DNA of 58,947 nucleotides from Gemmatimonadota bacterium. GTDB taxonomy: Bacteria > Latescibacterota > UBA2968 > UBA8231. Both the position numbers and the translations under genes were made by a program. The stretch spans positions 1 through 58,947 of the forward strand of contig JAYPJE010000022.1 of the NCBI GenBank assembly GCA_038128265.1, read 5' to 3'. The first letter of the stretch is position 1. Each line of letters starts with the position of its first letter. Positions 18,969 to 28,262 of the stretch are shown here, in pieces. The notes beneath the pieces were generated by a model. The model saw only the letters and a list, made by a program, of their open reading frames with translations. It was not told the DNA's origin and ran no database searches.

Positions 18969-21749
18969 TTAGAAATCCCAGCCAAAGAAAAAGTCCCAGT
19001 GCGTTTGGTTACCCAGCCGCTTGAAGTTCGTGCGCCGCGCCGCGTCGAGGCGAAAGACAAATACGCCCCCCAAAGCCAGGCGCAAACCGCTGCCCACGGC
19101 CCCGCGCCACTCGCCGAATCTGTCGTTCCACGCATTGCCCGCATCGACGAATAGCGCACCGCGAAATGCGCTAAAATCCATCGCACCAAAGGGAAAACGG
19201 ATGATCAAGCGATCGACCAGCGGAAAGCGCAGCTCCTGGTTTATCAGCACCATTTTACTGCCCCAGATCGAGCGCCATGGGTAACCGCGCAGCGTCCACG
19301 AACCGCCGAGCGAAAAGAATTCAGGCACGTCTCCCGTGCTGCGACGCCCCATATAGCGCATGGCCAGACCGGTGCCCCGTGACAGACGGAAGTAGTGGCG
19401 ATAATCTCCAAACAGGGTAATGTTAAAACGCCGCGAGCTTTTAAAATCGACCGTTTGCCCAAGGCCGACGCTGTAGCGACGTCCCTCCAACGGTCCCGTG
19501 GGTAACCACAGCGAACTGTCGTGGGTATAGCTCACGAAATTATTGGCCAACCAGCCCGATAGTCGCCGCCCCTCAAACTGGCGATCGATCTCGGCGTGGC
19601 GCAGCGAAAGGCGCGTATCGACGCGATCGTGGCGCGAAAAGGGATAGCTGAGCCCTAAGTAACCGCCCGTGCGCTTTTCGCGCACAAAGCGACCAAAGGT
19701 GCTAGAAAAACGGTCGTTGAGGCGAAACAAGCCCCAGGCCCAGTTGAGCTGCTGTCCCAAGTGCACGCGCGATAGAGCGACATTGAGTCCGTCGAAAAAA
19801 CCGGTGCGACTACCGGCTATATGCGAGAGCACGAACGCATAGCGGTTGTTACCCAGCACGTCGCTCAGCGCCAGTTGAATCCCGCCTGAGGTGCCAAACT
19901 CTGGGTCCTGAGAAATCTGACTCTGAGCAATATCGAGCGTCATATCGCTGCTGTACGGACGCAGCGCGTACAGGCTCTCTCCCTGCCTGCCCTCCAGCGA
20001 CCAAGGCTGTTGGGGGGCTTCGACGATGGGATGCCAAACGACGTCGCTGCTGTCAACGGTCGGCACGTCCAATTCGTATATCTGGAATCCCCCGCCCTGA
20101 AAACCGGAAAAAAGCACTCCGCTGCCATCGCTTCGCCACTGGGGATCAAAAGCGCCGGTCAGCACACGCGTTAGGCGCCGCGTGCCGGTGCGCATGCTGT
20201 CGAGTTGGGTCACGTACAGGTTGAACATCGTATCCCGATCAGAGCTAAATACAAGCTGACGTCCATCGGGGGAAAAGGCCGGGTGCTGATCGTTGTGATC
20301 GCCCTGTTTTAGATGGCGGATGCGCCCGCTCTCCACTTCGTAGAGAAACAAGTTGTACTGGCCGTGGCGGCCGGCCGCAAAGCGATCCGAGCTAAAGGCA
20401 ATGTGACGGCCGTCGGGCGACCAGTCTGGCTGGCGATCGTGGTAGAGGTCGCGAGTGAGCGCTTCTAACTGACCGCTCTGCAGATCGACGACATATAGAT
20501 CAACCAGTCCACTTTGGCGAGCGCCCGAAAAGACAACCCGCTGGCCGTCGGGTGCAAACGAAGGGGAAGCCATTGCAACGACATCGTCAAAGCTGAAGTC
20601 GCCCACCTCTTCGCCGCCCTCGATGTCCCACAGGTAGAGATGGTCGCGTCCGCGACTCTTAGCAGCAAAGGCAATGCGCTGGCCGTCGGGCGAGACGGCG
20701 ATTTTTGTCGACAGGGGATGCAGCGACTCAAAAACCGGCAGGCGCTCGCCCTCGACGACAACCTTCGGGATGCCCTCTCCGCGCTGCAGGGCGATCTGCG
20801 TATACCCCTGCGAATTCGTAAAGTAGACAAACGCCAGGCTGTCGGAGTCCGTCGGCACGATGGAAGGCTTGATATTGAACCCCTCGCGCGTGCGCTCTTC
20901 GGCCATCTGGGCCGGCGGATCGCTGGCGGCAATATCGGGCAGGTAGCGTTTGCGCAGACTGTAGATCCAAGCTTCATCAAATTCGCGGAGCGACTCGCCC
21001 GTAGTCAGCTCGAAAATCTCTTCGAATTTTTCGGCGCGCCACCAGTTTGCAAAGAGCTGCTCAAAAACATCCTCGCCGTGGCGTTCGGCCATAAAGTGGC
21101 ATATCGACTCGCCCTCCTTGTACATCTGGAACGTGCCGTATATGTACTCCATTTGAGCAATCGAATACAGACGGCGCGAAAAGAGCGCGTCGCGCAGAAT
21201 CATATCGCCAAAACTCGACCACTCGCTCGACCAATATTCGGCCAGCCCTTCCGTTAGCCAAAGGGGTGCCGGGCGAAAATCCAGCACGCCGTGCCGCTCG
21301 AGCACGCGGGCGATGCGATCAAATGTGAATACGTGCACTAGTTCGTGGTGCAGCACGCGTTCAAAATCGGGCAGCGAACCGCTCAGGGGCAGGGCGACCC
21401 GCCCTTTGAGATATTCCGTGAAACCGGCCACGCCCTCGGGCAGCAGGCTGGGAATGATATTGGTCTGCTCAAAATAAATGTGCGAGGAGTAGACAATAAG
21501 CGGCACCCGGCGCTGCACCGTATGGGCAAACTTCACCTCGAGATCGCGATACTGGCGTTCGGCCATGTGCGCCGCATAGGAGGCCAGCTCTTTTTCCTCT
21601 TCAAAAAAGAAAACGTCGAAGTGCGGCGTCTCCATTTTTTGCCAAGCGAATTCGGCAAATTGCACTTTGTTTTTACCGAAGCTGGTAAACTGCGCCTGCA
21701 GCGGCCCCGCCAGCAGGACTAAGCCACACAGCAGCCTAAGCGCGTTCAA
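18969..21749 (-). CDS. Omp85/BamA-TamA family outer membrane protein with N-terminal zincin-like peptidase and PD40/TolB-like propeller
   Basis: HELVH plus downstream WLTEGLAEY; PD40 repeats (SPDGQRIAF, WSPDGRHIAFSSDR, FSPDGRQLVFSSDR); barrel motifs LGGSWTLRGY, ALFVDAGNAW, terminal FGWDF. TTG at 21749 after GGAGGA. Confidence 0.85.
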   Translation of the reverse strand: MNALRLLCGLVLLAGPLQAQFTSFGKNKVQFAEFAWQKMETPHFDVFFFEEEKELASYAAHMAERQYRDLEVKFAHTVQRRVPLIVYSSHIYFEQTNIIPSLLPEGVAGFTEYLKGRVALPLSGSLPDFERVLHHELVHVFTFDRIARVLERHGVLDFRPAPLWLTEGLAEYWSSEWSSFGDMILRDALFSRRLYSIAQMEYIYGTFQMYKEGESICHFMAERHGEDVFEQLFANWWRAEKFEEIFELTTGESLREFDEAWIYSLRKRYLPDIAASDPPAQMAEERTREGFNIKPSIVPTDSDSLAFVYFTNSQGYTQIALQRGEGIPKVVVEGERLPVFESLHPLSTKIAVSPDGQRIAFAAKSRGRDHLYLWDIEGGEEVGDFSFDDVVAMASPSFAPDGQRVVFSGARQSGLVDLYVVDLQSGQLEALTRDLYHDRQPDWSPDGRHIAFSSDRFAAGRHGQYNLFLYEVESGRIRHLKQGDHNDQHPAFSPDGRQLVFSSDRDTMFNLYVTQLDSMRTGTRRLTRVLTGAFDPQWRSDGSGVLFSGFQGGGFQIYELDVPTVDSSDVVWHPIVEAPQQPWSLEGRQGESLYALRPYSSDMTLDIAQSQISQDPEFGTSGGIQLALSDVLGNNRYAFVLSHIAGSRTGFFDGLNVALSRVHLGQQLNWAWGLFRLNDRFSSTFGRFVREKRTGGYLGLSYPFSRHDRVDTRLSLRHAEIDRQFEGRRLSGWLANNFVSYTHDSSLWLPTGPLEGRRYSVGLGQTVDFKSSRRFNITLFGDYRHYFRLSRGTGLAMRYMGRRSTGDVPEFFSLGGSWTLRGYPWRSIWGSKMVLINQELRFPLVDRLIIRFPFGAMDFSAFRGALFVDAGNAWNDRFGEWRGAVGSGLRLALGGVFVFRLDAARRTNFKRLGNQTHWDFFFGWDF

Positions 21750-22818
21750 GATATCCTCCAAAGCCTGCGTCGCCTCGCTCCAAAGGCCGGCGAATTTCCA
21801 CGTTCTGCCCTTCTGCAAACCCAGCGCGATAGGCTTCGCTGGCGCGCACGCCGCGGCCATAGCGAACGCGGACGCGTGGATTGACGTGCTCGTAGTAGGC
21901 GCGCAGTTGGGAGTCACCCTGCCAGCGAACCAGCGCGCCGCCTTGGCTGCGCGCGCGCTCGTCGCGCTGACGCAGTTTGTGGTAGAATCCCTCTAGCACG
22001 CCCGACCAATAGCGCTGGCGCTCGCGGTTGGAATCCAAGCCACACGCGCAGCGGTAGGCCTTCCAAAGCCCCGGCAAGAGCTGCAGCAAATAGTCGTAAA
22101 CATAGGTTGCCATATCGAGATTGGCGTCGGTGCCGTAGATCTCCAGCACACTGGCGCGCTGATCTCGCTCGGCAATATACGTTTCAGCCCAGATGGTTTC
22201 GACGAAAAAAAACTCCTGCAAGATTAGCGAAAGCCACAGTTCATACGATGCCCTGCGGCCTTTGACTGCACCCAGCGCCCGACGAGCAAAGGCGCGTTGG
22301 GCATCGAGCGCAACAACATCCAGATTATAGCGCAGCAGCATGTGGCGCGCCTTCTGCACGGCGGCCTGTGCTTCGTTTTCATTGGGACTGTCGGCCAGAG
22401 AGAGGACTTTGCGCAGGCGAGTCAGCACGTGGTCATCGCCTTGGCGCGCCGCTTTCTGCTCACTGCCCCGTGCCCGCGCACTGCAGCGCAGCCGTTCGCA
22501 GGCGCGCCCAAAAGCCCGGCCATGTGCGGTCTCGTCGCGCACACCAAGGACTTCGTCGACGTATTGATGGGCCATTTCGTGGCGCAGCGTATCGAGGACG
22601 TCTAACCAGGGATCGGCTTCTATATGACCTGCGGAAACGACGAGTCGGCGCTCGGCCGTATGCCAGCGTCCCAGCACGGCGCGCGAATCGACCACTTCAA
22701 CAATCGGCGCGCGCAGCGCGCCACCCAAATATTCTTCGTTGTAGTGGTGCCACCACGCCACCAACTTGCGCGTCCAAGCCGTGCGCAATTCGGCGGCCAG
22801 CCGCGCCGTAACGGCCAT
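21736..22818 (-). CDS. SprT-like metalloprotease domain plus DUF2786-like domain protein
   Basis: TLRHEMAHQY...HG..F (SprT-like HExxH); RLRKVLSLADSPNENEAQAAVQKARHMLLRYNL (DUF2786-like). Confidence 0.75.
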   Translation of the reverse strand: MAVTARLAAELRTAWTRKLVAWWHHYNEEYLGGALRAPIVEVVDSRAVLGRWHTAERRLVVSAGHIEADPWLDVLDTLRHEMAHQYVDEVLGVRDETAHGRAFGRACERLRCSARARGSEQKAARQGDDHVLTRLRKVLSLADSPNENEAQAAVQKARHMLLRYNLDVVALDAQRAFARRALGAVKGRRASYELWLSLILQEFFFVETIWAETYIAERDQRASVLEIYGTDANLDMATYVYDYLLQLLPGLWKAYRCACGLDSNRERQRYWSGVLEGFYHKLRQRDERARSQGGALVRWQGDSQLRAYYEHVNPRVRVRYGRGVRASEAYRAGFAEGQNVEIRRPLERGDAGFGGYLERA

Positions 22819-22819
22819 A

Positions 22820-23689
22820 TTATCGCAGCGTGCGGATAAACGATGGGCTGAACGTGCCGCGCGCGACTTCCTGTACGGGACCCTTCATCGTTAAATCGTA
22901 GTTCTCATCGACGTCGATGTGCAGCGTACCTCCCGGTGCTTTGACGGTCACGGGTGCTTTGACCAACCCGAGACGCACGGCCGCGCTGGCCGCCGCACAC
23001 GACGATGAACCTGAGGCCTGCGTCTCTCCCGCGCCGCGTTCCCAGATAAGAATGAATATGGAGTTGGGGCCAACTGGCACGGCCAACTGCACGTTGATTC
23101 GGCGCGGAAACAGCCGGTGGTTCTCCAGCGCAGGACCGAGGCGCAGAAGCTCTTCGCGCGTCCACTGCTTGCCCTTTTCGCGAAAGATCACGCAGTGCGG
23201 ATTGCCGACGCTAACGCCGGTAAAGAGCAGTTTCTCTCCTGCCACTGCTATGGGTTTCTGCAAGAGTTCGTTGCTCTTCAGGGTGCAGGGCAGCGCTTTC
23301 GGCTGGAACGTAGCACGGCCCATTTCCACCGTGGCCGCACTGGCGTCTCCGCGCTCGTCGACGTGTAGGTCAATGCTGACCAAGCCGCCTTTGGTATCGA
23401 CGCTAAACGCCTTTTTGCGCACGCGTCGCGTCGCGTGTAAATAGCGAGCAAAGATGCGCAAGCCGTTGCCGGATTTCTCCGCTTCGCTGCCGTCGGGATT
23501 GTAAATCCGCAGCCCGAAATCGGCCCTTTTACTCGAGTCAAGCGCCAAGATACCGTCCGAACCCACGCCCCAGTTTCGATCGCATATTTTGCGAATATTG
23601 CCTGGCGTCAGTTTGAATTCGAGCTCGGCCGGATCGACGGCAATATAGTCGTTGCCCAGACCATGTCCCTTGAAAAAAGCGTTTTTCAT
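22820..23689 (-). CDS. dapF: Diaminopimelate epimerase-family protein (Ser/Ser active-site variant)
   Basis: FFKGHGLGNDY, GVGSDG, RIYNPDGSEAE, VSVGNPHCV, FP.RINVQ, WERGAGET; the catalytic positions read KSGNG and ASGSS. ATG at 23689 after GGAGGA. Confidence 0.88.
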   Translation of the reverse strand: MKNAFFKGHGLGNDYIAVDPAELEFKLTPGNIRKICDRNWGVGSDGILALDSSKRADFGLRIYNPDGSEAEKSGNGLRIFARYLHATRRVRKKAFSVDTKGGLVSIDLHVDERGDASAATVEMGRATFQPKALPCTLKSNELLQKPIAVAGEKLLFTGVSVGNPHCVIFREKGKQWTREELLRLGPALENHRLFPRRINVQLAVPVGPNSIFILIWERGAGETQASGSSSCAAASAAVRLGLVKAPVTVKAPGGTLHIDVDENYDLTMKGPVQEVARGTFSPSFIRTLR

Positions 23690-23834
23690 GAATTCCTCCG
23701 GCACGTCCGAAATACGGCGCGCTCTTAGCGTTCAGCCATTTGTTGCCTTACTCAGACATTGAAAGTATAAATTGCAGCACAGGTGGTCAACGGCACTGGA
23801 AGGGGCCGTACCGCGCTCGTATATTAGGCGTATC

Positions 23835-24644
23835 ATGCTCTATATACACACGGCCTTACCGGCCGAAGCACGCCCACTCATCGACCATTTCTCGCTGCGC
23901 GCAGTCCACCGTTCAGCGCCCTTCCAACTCTATGAAAATACCGAGATCAGACTAGTTGTCTCAGGTGTGGGTAGGACGGCGACGGCGGCGGCCATCGCCT
24001 ACTCTTGCGGGCGCTTTATCGACGAACCAGGCCCGTGGCTCAACGTCGGCCTAGCCGGCCATGCAAGCGCAGCGCTGGGCACGCCCTTTATCGTCCACAG
24101 CGCACGCGAACCGAGCGGAATCCAAACCTACTACCCGGTCTTTGCCTTCGACCTGCCCTGCCCTACCGCGGCGCTGCACACGGTCGACCAACCAGCCAGC
24201 GACTATGCCAGCGAGGTACTATGCGATATGGAGGGCAGTGCCTTTCTGCAGACAACACAGCGCTTTGTGCCGAGCGAATTGGCCCACAGTCTAAAAATTG
24301 TCTCGGACAACCGGCACCACCCGTGGAGCGAAATAAATCGCCAACAAGTGCCCGCGATGATCGCCTCCCACCTGGGCATGGTAGAACAGCTGCATAGCAC
24401 ATTGGAAGGACTAGCTGACGCCTGGCATATCCAATGTGCCCCTCCAGCGCACTATGCCTGGGCGATGGAGCGCTGGCATTTTAGCGCCACTCAGCAAAAC
24501 CGCCTGCACCGCCTACTCCAGCAGTGGCAGGCCGTAGCCCCAAACGAATCTCCCTGGCCCAGTCCCGATGCCTTCCAGCGAGCAAGCGATGCGCTCACCT
24601 ATCTAGAGCAGCGCCTAGGAGATCCTGCGCTGCTACCCATCTGA
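23835..24644 (+). CDS. Nucleoside phosphorylase/MTA nucleosidase-like protein
   Basis: TALPAEA, VVSGVG, WLNVGLAG, LCDMEGSAF, LKIVSD motifs of the PNP/UDP fold. ATG at 23835. Confidence 0.75.
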   Translation: MLYIHTALPAEARPLIDHFSLRAVHRSAPFQLYENTEIRLVVSGVGRTATAAAIAYSCGRFIDEPGPWLNVGLAGHASAALGTPFIVHSAREPSGIQTYYPVFAFDLPCPTAALHTVDQPASDYASEVLCDMEGSAFLQTTQRFVPSELAHSLKIVSDNRHHPWSEINRQQVPAMIASHLGMVEQLHSTLEGLADAWHIQCAPPAHYAWAMERWHFSATQQNRLHRLLQQWQAVAPNESPWPSPDAFQRASDALTYLEQRLGDPALLPI

Positions 24645-24645
24645 T

Positions 24646-25662
24646 ATGTTTGACGTGATCTACGTCGAAGACGACGTCGCCGACCATCCGCGCACGCAGC
24701 GCATTCTGGCGCGCTTTGCCAACGCGGAACGAATACGCTGTCGGCGCTACGGCGAAGTGTTTAACCGCTCGGCGCAAAACTTCCGCCTGCAAAAAGTGCG
24801 TCCGGCACTCATCTTAGCTCGCAAACATGGCCAGTATGTCCTGCCCACACCGCCAGGTTACGGCATTGGCAGTGCGCAAAACTTTTATTTTTCCCATATG
24901 CTCAACTGCGTATACGACTGCCGCTACTGTTTTTTACAGGGGATGTATCGCAGCGCGCATATGGTCGTCTTTGTCAACTACGAAGACTTTCAGAACGCCA
25001 TAGATGACCATATCGCCACGTCGACAGAAACGCCCTACTTTTTTTCCGGCTACGATTGCGACAGTTTAGCACTGGAGGGCATCACGGATTTTACGCGCGC
25101 CTTTCTCGATTTTTTTTCATCGCGGCCGGGAGCCGCCGTCGAACTCCGCACCAAGAGCGTGCGCACGGCTACGCTCTTAGCCCGCCCACCGATGGCCAAC
25201 TGCATCGTCGCATTCAGCCTGACTCCGCCTGCTATTTCCGCAGCGCTTGAGCACGGCACTCCGCCCGTTGCGCGCCGGCTTGATGCGCTGGAGGCCCTGG
25301 CCCAAAACGGCTGGCCGATAGGGCTGCGCTTTGACCCTCTGCTCTACCACCGCGGCTGGCGCCAACACTACGGCGATCTCTTTAAACAAGTATTTTCTCG
25401 CATCAGAACATCGCATCTACACTCCGTTAGCCTCGGCCAATTCCGCCTGCCGCAGCCCATGTACAAGCGCATGCAGCGGCTATATCCAGACGAACCACTT
25501 TTTGCCTGGGGGTTAACAGAGCACAAAGGGCAGGTATCCTATCGCTACGAGTTGGCTGAAGAGATCCACGCATTCTGTCGCGCAGAGCTCTTGCGCTATA
25601 TCGACCCAGCCATCTTCTTTCCCTGTCCATCTACAACGCTAGAGGATAACCTGCTCTCGTGA
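24646..25662 (+). CDS. Spore photoproduct lyase-like radical SAM protein
   Basis: NCVYDCRYCFLQG (CxxxCxxC), VFVNYED, DSLALE, ELRTKS, FSLTP, LEHGTP, GLRFDP typical of the SplB-like family. Confidence 0.85.
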   Translation: MFDVIYVEDDVADHPRTQRILARFANAERIRCRRYGEVFNRSAQNFRLQKVRPALILARKHGQYVLPTPPGYGIGSAQNFYFSHMLNCVYDCRYCFLQGMYRSAHMVVFVNYEDFQNAIDDHIATSTETPYFFSGYDCDSLALEGITDFTRAFLDFFSSRPGAAVELRTKSVRTATLLARPPMANCIVAFSLTPPAISAALEHGTPPVARRLDALEALAQNGWPIGLRFDPLLYHRGWRQHYGDLFKQVFSRIRTSHLHSVSLGQFRLPQPMYKRMQRLYPDEPLFAWGLTEHKGQVSYRYELAEEIHAFCRAELLRYIDPAIFFPCPSTTLEDNLLS

Positions 25663-26354
25663 ATATTCTGCTGACGGGTTCGTCGTCGGGCATCGGCCGG
25701 GCGCTGTGCAGCCATCTACTGGCAGCGGGCCATCAGGTGGTCGGCATCGCGCGCCGCCGCCAGGAAGAGAACGAGCGCTTTTGCCCAGTCCAACTCGACC
25801 TGAGTGACCTCGACGCCCTGCCCGACGCCCTGCGTTCCCTATGCAAAGAGCACGGTTCCTTTGACGCCGTCGTCTGCTGCGCTGGCCAGGGCCGTTTTGG
25901 CGATTTGGAGCAGTTTTCCTTTGCGCAGATGCGGTCACTCATAGATCTCGATTTCACCAGTCAGGCCTTTGTAGTACGGGCACTGGTGCAGGATATGAAG
26001 CGACGCGGCGGGGGGCACATTGTTTTACTCGGATCGGAAGCGGCCCTGCGCGGGACGCAAAAAGGCACCCTGTACTGTGCGGCTAAATTTGCCCTGCGGG
26101 GATTTGCCCAGGCCCTGCGCGAAGAGACCGCGCGCCACGGCATTGCCGTTACCTTGATCAACCCCGGCATGGTGCGCACGCCTTTTTTCGACGCACTCGA
26201 CTTTCGCCCTGCCGCCGACCCTGTCTGCGCTATCGAGCCAGCCGATATCGCGGCCACCATAGCGCACGTGCTGACGATGCGCCCAGGAACCGTGCTGGAC
26301 GAAATCAACCTATCTCCGCAGAAAAAAGTGATCGATTTCAATAGGGAGAGTTAA
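25659..26354 (+). CDS. SDR family oxidoreductase
   Basis: ILLTGSSSGIG, YCAAKF (YxxxK), INPGMVRTPFF; GTGA overlap with the upstream gene. Confidence 0.88.
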   Translation: MNILLTGSSSGIGRALCSHLLAAGHQVVGIARRRQEENERFCPVQLDLSDLDALPDALRSLCKEHGSFDAVVCCAGQGRFGDLEQFSFAQMRSLIDLDFTSQAFVVRALVQDMKRRGGGHIVLLGSEAALRGTQKGTLYCAAKFALRGFAQALREETARHGIAVTLINPGMVRTPFFDALDFRPAADPVCAIEPADIAATIAHVLTMRPGTVLDEINLSPQKKVIDFNRES

Positions 26355-26358
26355 AAGT

Positions 26359-27168
26359 ATGTACACCTTTACTGTTCGCACGTTCCTCGCTGGGCTCTGT
26401 GCCCTGATTCACCTATCTGGCTGTGCCACCGTGCGCCAACAGCTAGGCACCGCCCTCATTAGCGACGAAGCGGAATACGCCCTCGGCGAGCAGGTCGCCG
26501 CACAAATTGATTCAACGCAAAAGGCGCTGAGAATGCCCACCGTGCAGCGCTACGTAGAGCGCGTCGCTGCCCCCCTCATAGAAAACGCATTAGTCGATAG
26601 ACCCGGCGTTCAGTATCGACTCACCGTGCTCGATGATGCGAGCCAAATAAACGCCTTTGCAGCTCCTGGTGGATTTATTTACGTCTACACCGGCCTGCTG
26701 ATTGCCGCCGACGATGAAGCGGAGTTAGCCGGCGTATTGGCGCATGAAATAGGCCATATCGTCGGTCGCCACTCGGCCAACCAACTGGCTTCGCAGTATG
26801 GAATTCAGGTTCTGACGTCCATCGCCCTTGGCCAAGAGGCCGATGCTGCAGCGGGACAAATCGCCAACATTGCCTCCCAGCTAGGCAGCGCCCGCTTTAG
26901 CCGCGACGACGAGCGCCAGGCCGATCGCTACGGCGTGCGCTACACGACGGCCTCTGGCTACGATCCAGCGGGCTTGTTGAGCTTTTTTGAGAAGTTGAAG
27001 GCGGCTGAAGGCGGCCGGCGCAGCAGCGTGGAAAAGTTGCTCTCATCGCATCCTGCAACAGATGATCGCATACAGACCATCCAAGCGCTGATCGAGCGCA
27101 ACGGAACGAGCGGGGGCGAGCGCAATCGCGAACGCTTTATGCGCGAAACCGCACCACTGCGCCGCTAA
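26359..27168 (+). CDS. M48 family metalloprotease lipoprotein (BepA/YfgC-like)
   Basis: Lipobox LSG-C; INAFAAPGG.IYV.TGL, ELAGVLAHEIGH, FSRDDERQAD, LSSHP...RI. Confidence 0.9.
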   Translation: MYTFTVRTFLAGLCALIHLSGCATVRQQLGTALISDEAEYALGEQVAAQIDSTQKALRMPTVQRYVERVAAPLIENALVDRPGVQYRLTVLDDASQINAFAAPGGFIYVYTGLLIAADDEAELAGVLAHEIGHIVGRHSANQLASQYGIQVLTSIALGQEADAAAGQIANIASQLGSARFSRDDERQADRYGVRYTTASGYDPAGLLSFFEKLKAAEGGRRSSVEKLLSSHPATDDRIQTIQALIERNGTSGGERNRERFMRETAPLRR

Positions 27169-28262
27169 TCGGCGCGGATAGACGGCTGGACAGCGGACTC
27201 TTCCACTCCACCCAGTTGCGTAAACGGCAGAAAGTAGAGACGGGAAAACATTGAAAAATGCTCGCTCTCTTTTTCGCGCGCCGTGACAATGAGGCGATTC
27301 ATCGGGCGGGCGAGCGCGGTTGTGCACCGGTAGGACAGAACCCCACTAGCGCGATCAAAATCGGCCTCGACTCGACCCAACTCCGAAACAAACATATTGA
27401 TGATGCCCGGGCGGTAGCGCTCTGGCTGCGCGAGGCGCAGCGAGAAAGACGGCGCGGCGCCGTGCTCCAACTCGACGACCTGCGGCTGCACGTCTTCCAC
27501 GTGTAGCGGCGCTAAATTGAGCTTAAAGGCGAAGCGCTCCATGTCCATATTGGCTCCTACAATCGCCACGCGCGGAATGCGCTGCGGGTTGCTCAACGCA
27601 TCGACGGCCCCCTCGTCCTGGGCAAATAGGAGCACAAACCCCAGCTCGCTGGCAACCTGCTCTACCACCGCATTGTACTCGCCGTATGGATAGGCAAACA
27701 GATCGCTATCTAAGTCGTTATCAGCCATTGCGCGCTGCGCCTTTTGCAGATCGCGACGGACCCACTCGGCGTATTCGGCGCGCGTCTGCCCCTCCTGTGG
27801 TCGACCGATGTGCGGATGGTAATAGCTGTGGTTGGCAATCGTCGCTCCCCAATCGCGCATTTCCCGGAGCATATCCCACGTCATAAAATTAGGCGATTTA
27901 CTGTAGAGCGGACTGGCGTTGGCAAAGAGCGTAAAGGGGTAATTAAATTCTTTGAGCAGCGGGAAGGCGCGTTCGTAAATAGATCGGTAGGCATCGTCAA
28001 TGGTGATCAGAACGGCCTTGTGCGGAAAGGGTTTCCGCCCTTCGACAAGCGCGCGAAATGCCTCCATCGACAGCACCTGATAATCGTTGTCGCGCAGGTA
28101 CTGCAGCTGCTGTCGAAACATTTCTACCGATATATTGGTCGTGGGATACTTGCTCTCGCCAAAGCGATGGTAGAGCAAAATCGTCACGTATCCCGGACGC
28201 TCGGCCCGCGGTTCACCGACTGCGCACAGCACCCATAACAGGACACAAAGCAGCCGCTTCAC
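27165..28262 (-). CDS. Exported polysaccharide deacetylase (CE4)
   Basis: Signal peptide; LLYHRF, ITIDDAY, NHSYYHPH, FAYPYGEYN. Confidence 0.88.
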   Translation of the reverse strand: MKRLLCVLLWVLCAVGEPRAERPGYVTILLYHRFGESKYPTTNISVEMFRQQLQYLRDNDYQVLSMEAFRALVEGRKPFPHKAVLITIDDAYRSIYERAFPLLKEFNYPFTLFANASPLYSKSPNFMTWDMLREMRDWGATIANHSYYHPHIGRPQEGQTRAEYAEWVRRDLQKAQRAMADNDLDSDLFAYPYGEYNAVVEQVASELGFVLLFAQDEGAVDALSNPQRIPRVAIVGANMDMERFAFKLNLAPLHVEDVQPQVVELEHGAAPSFSLRLAQPERYRPGIINMFVSELGRVEADFDRASGVLSYRCTTALARPMNRLIVTAREKESEHFSMFSRLYFLPFTQLGGVEESAVQPSIRAD

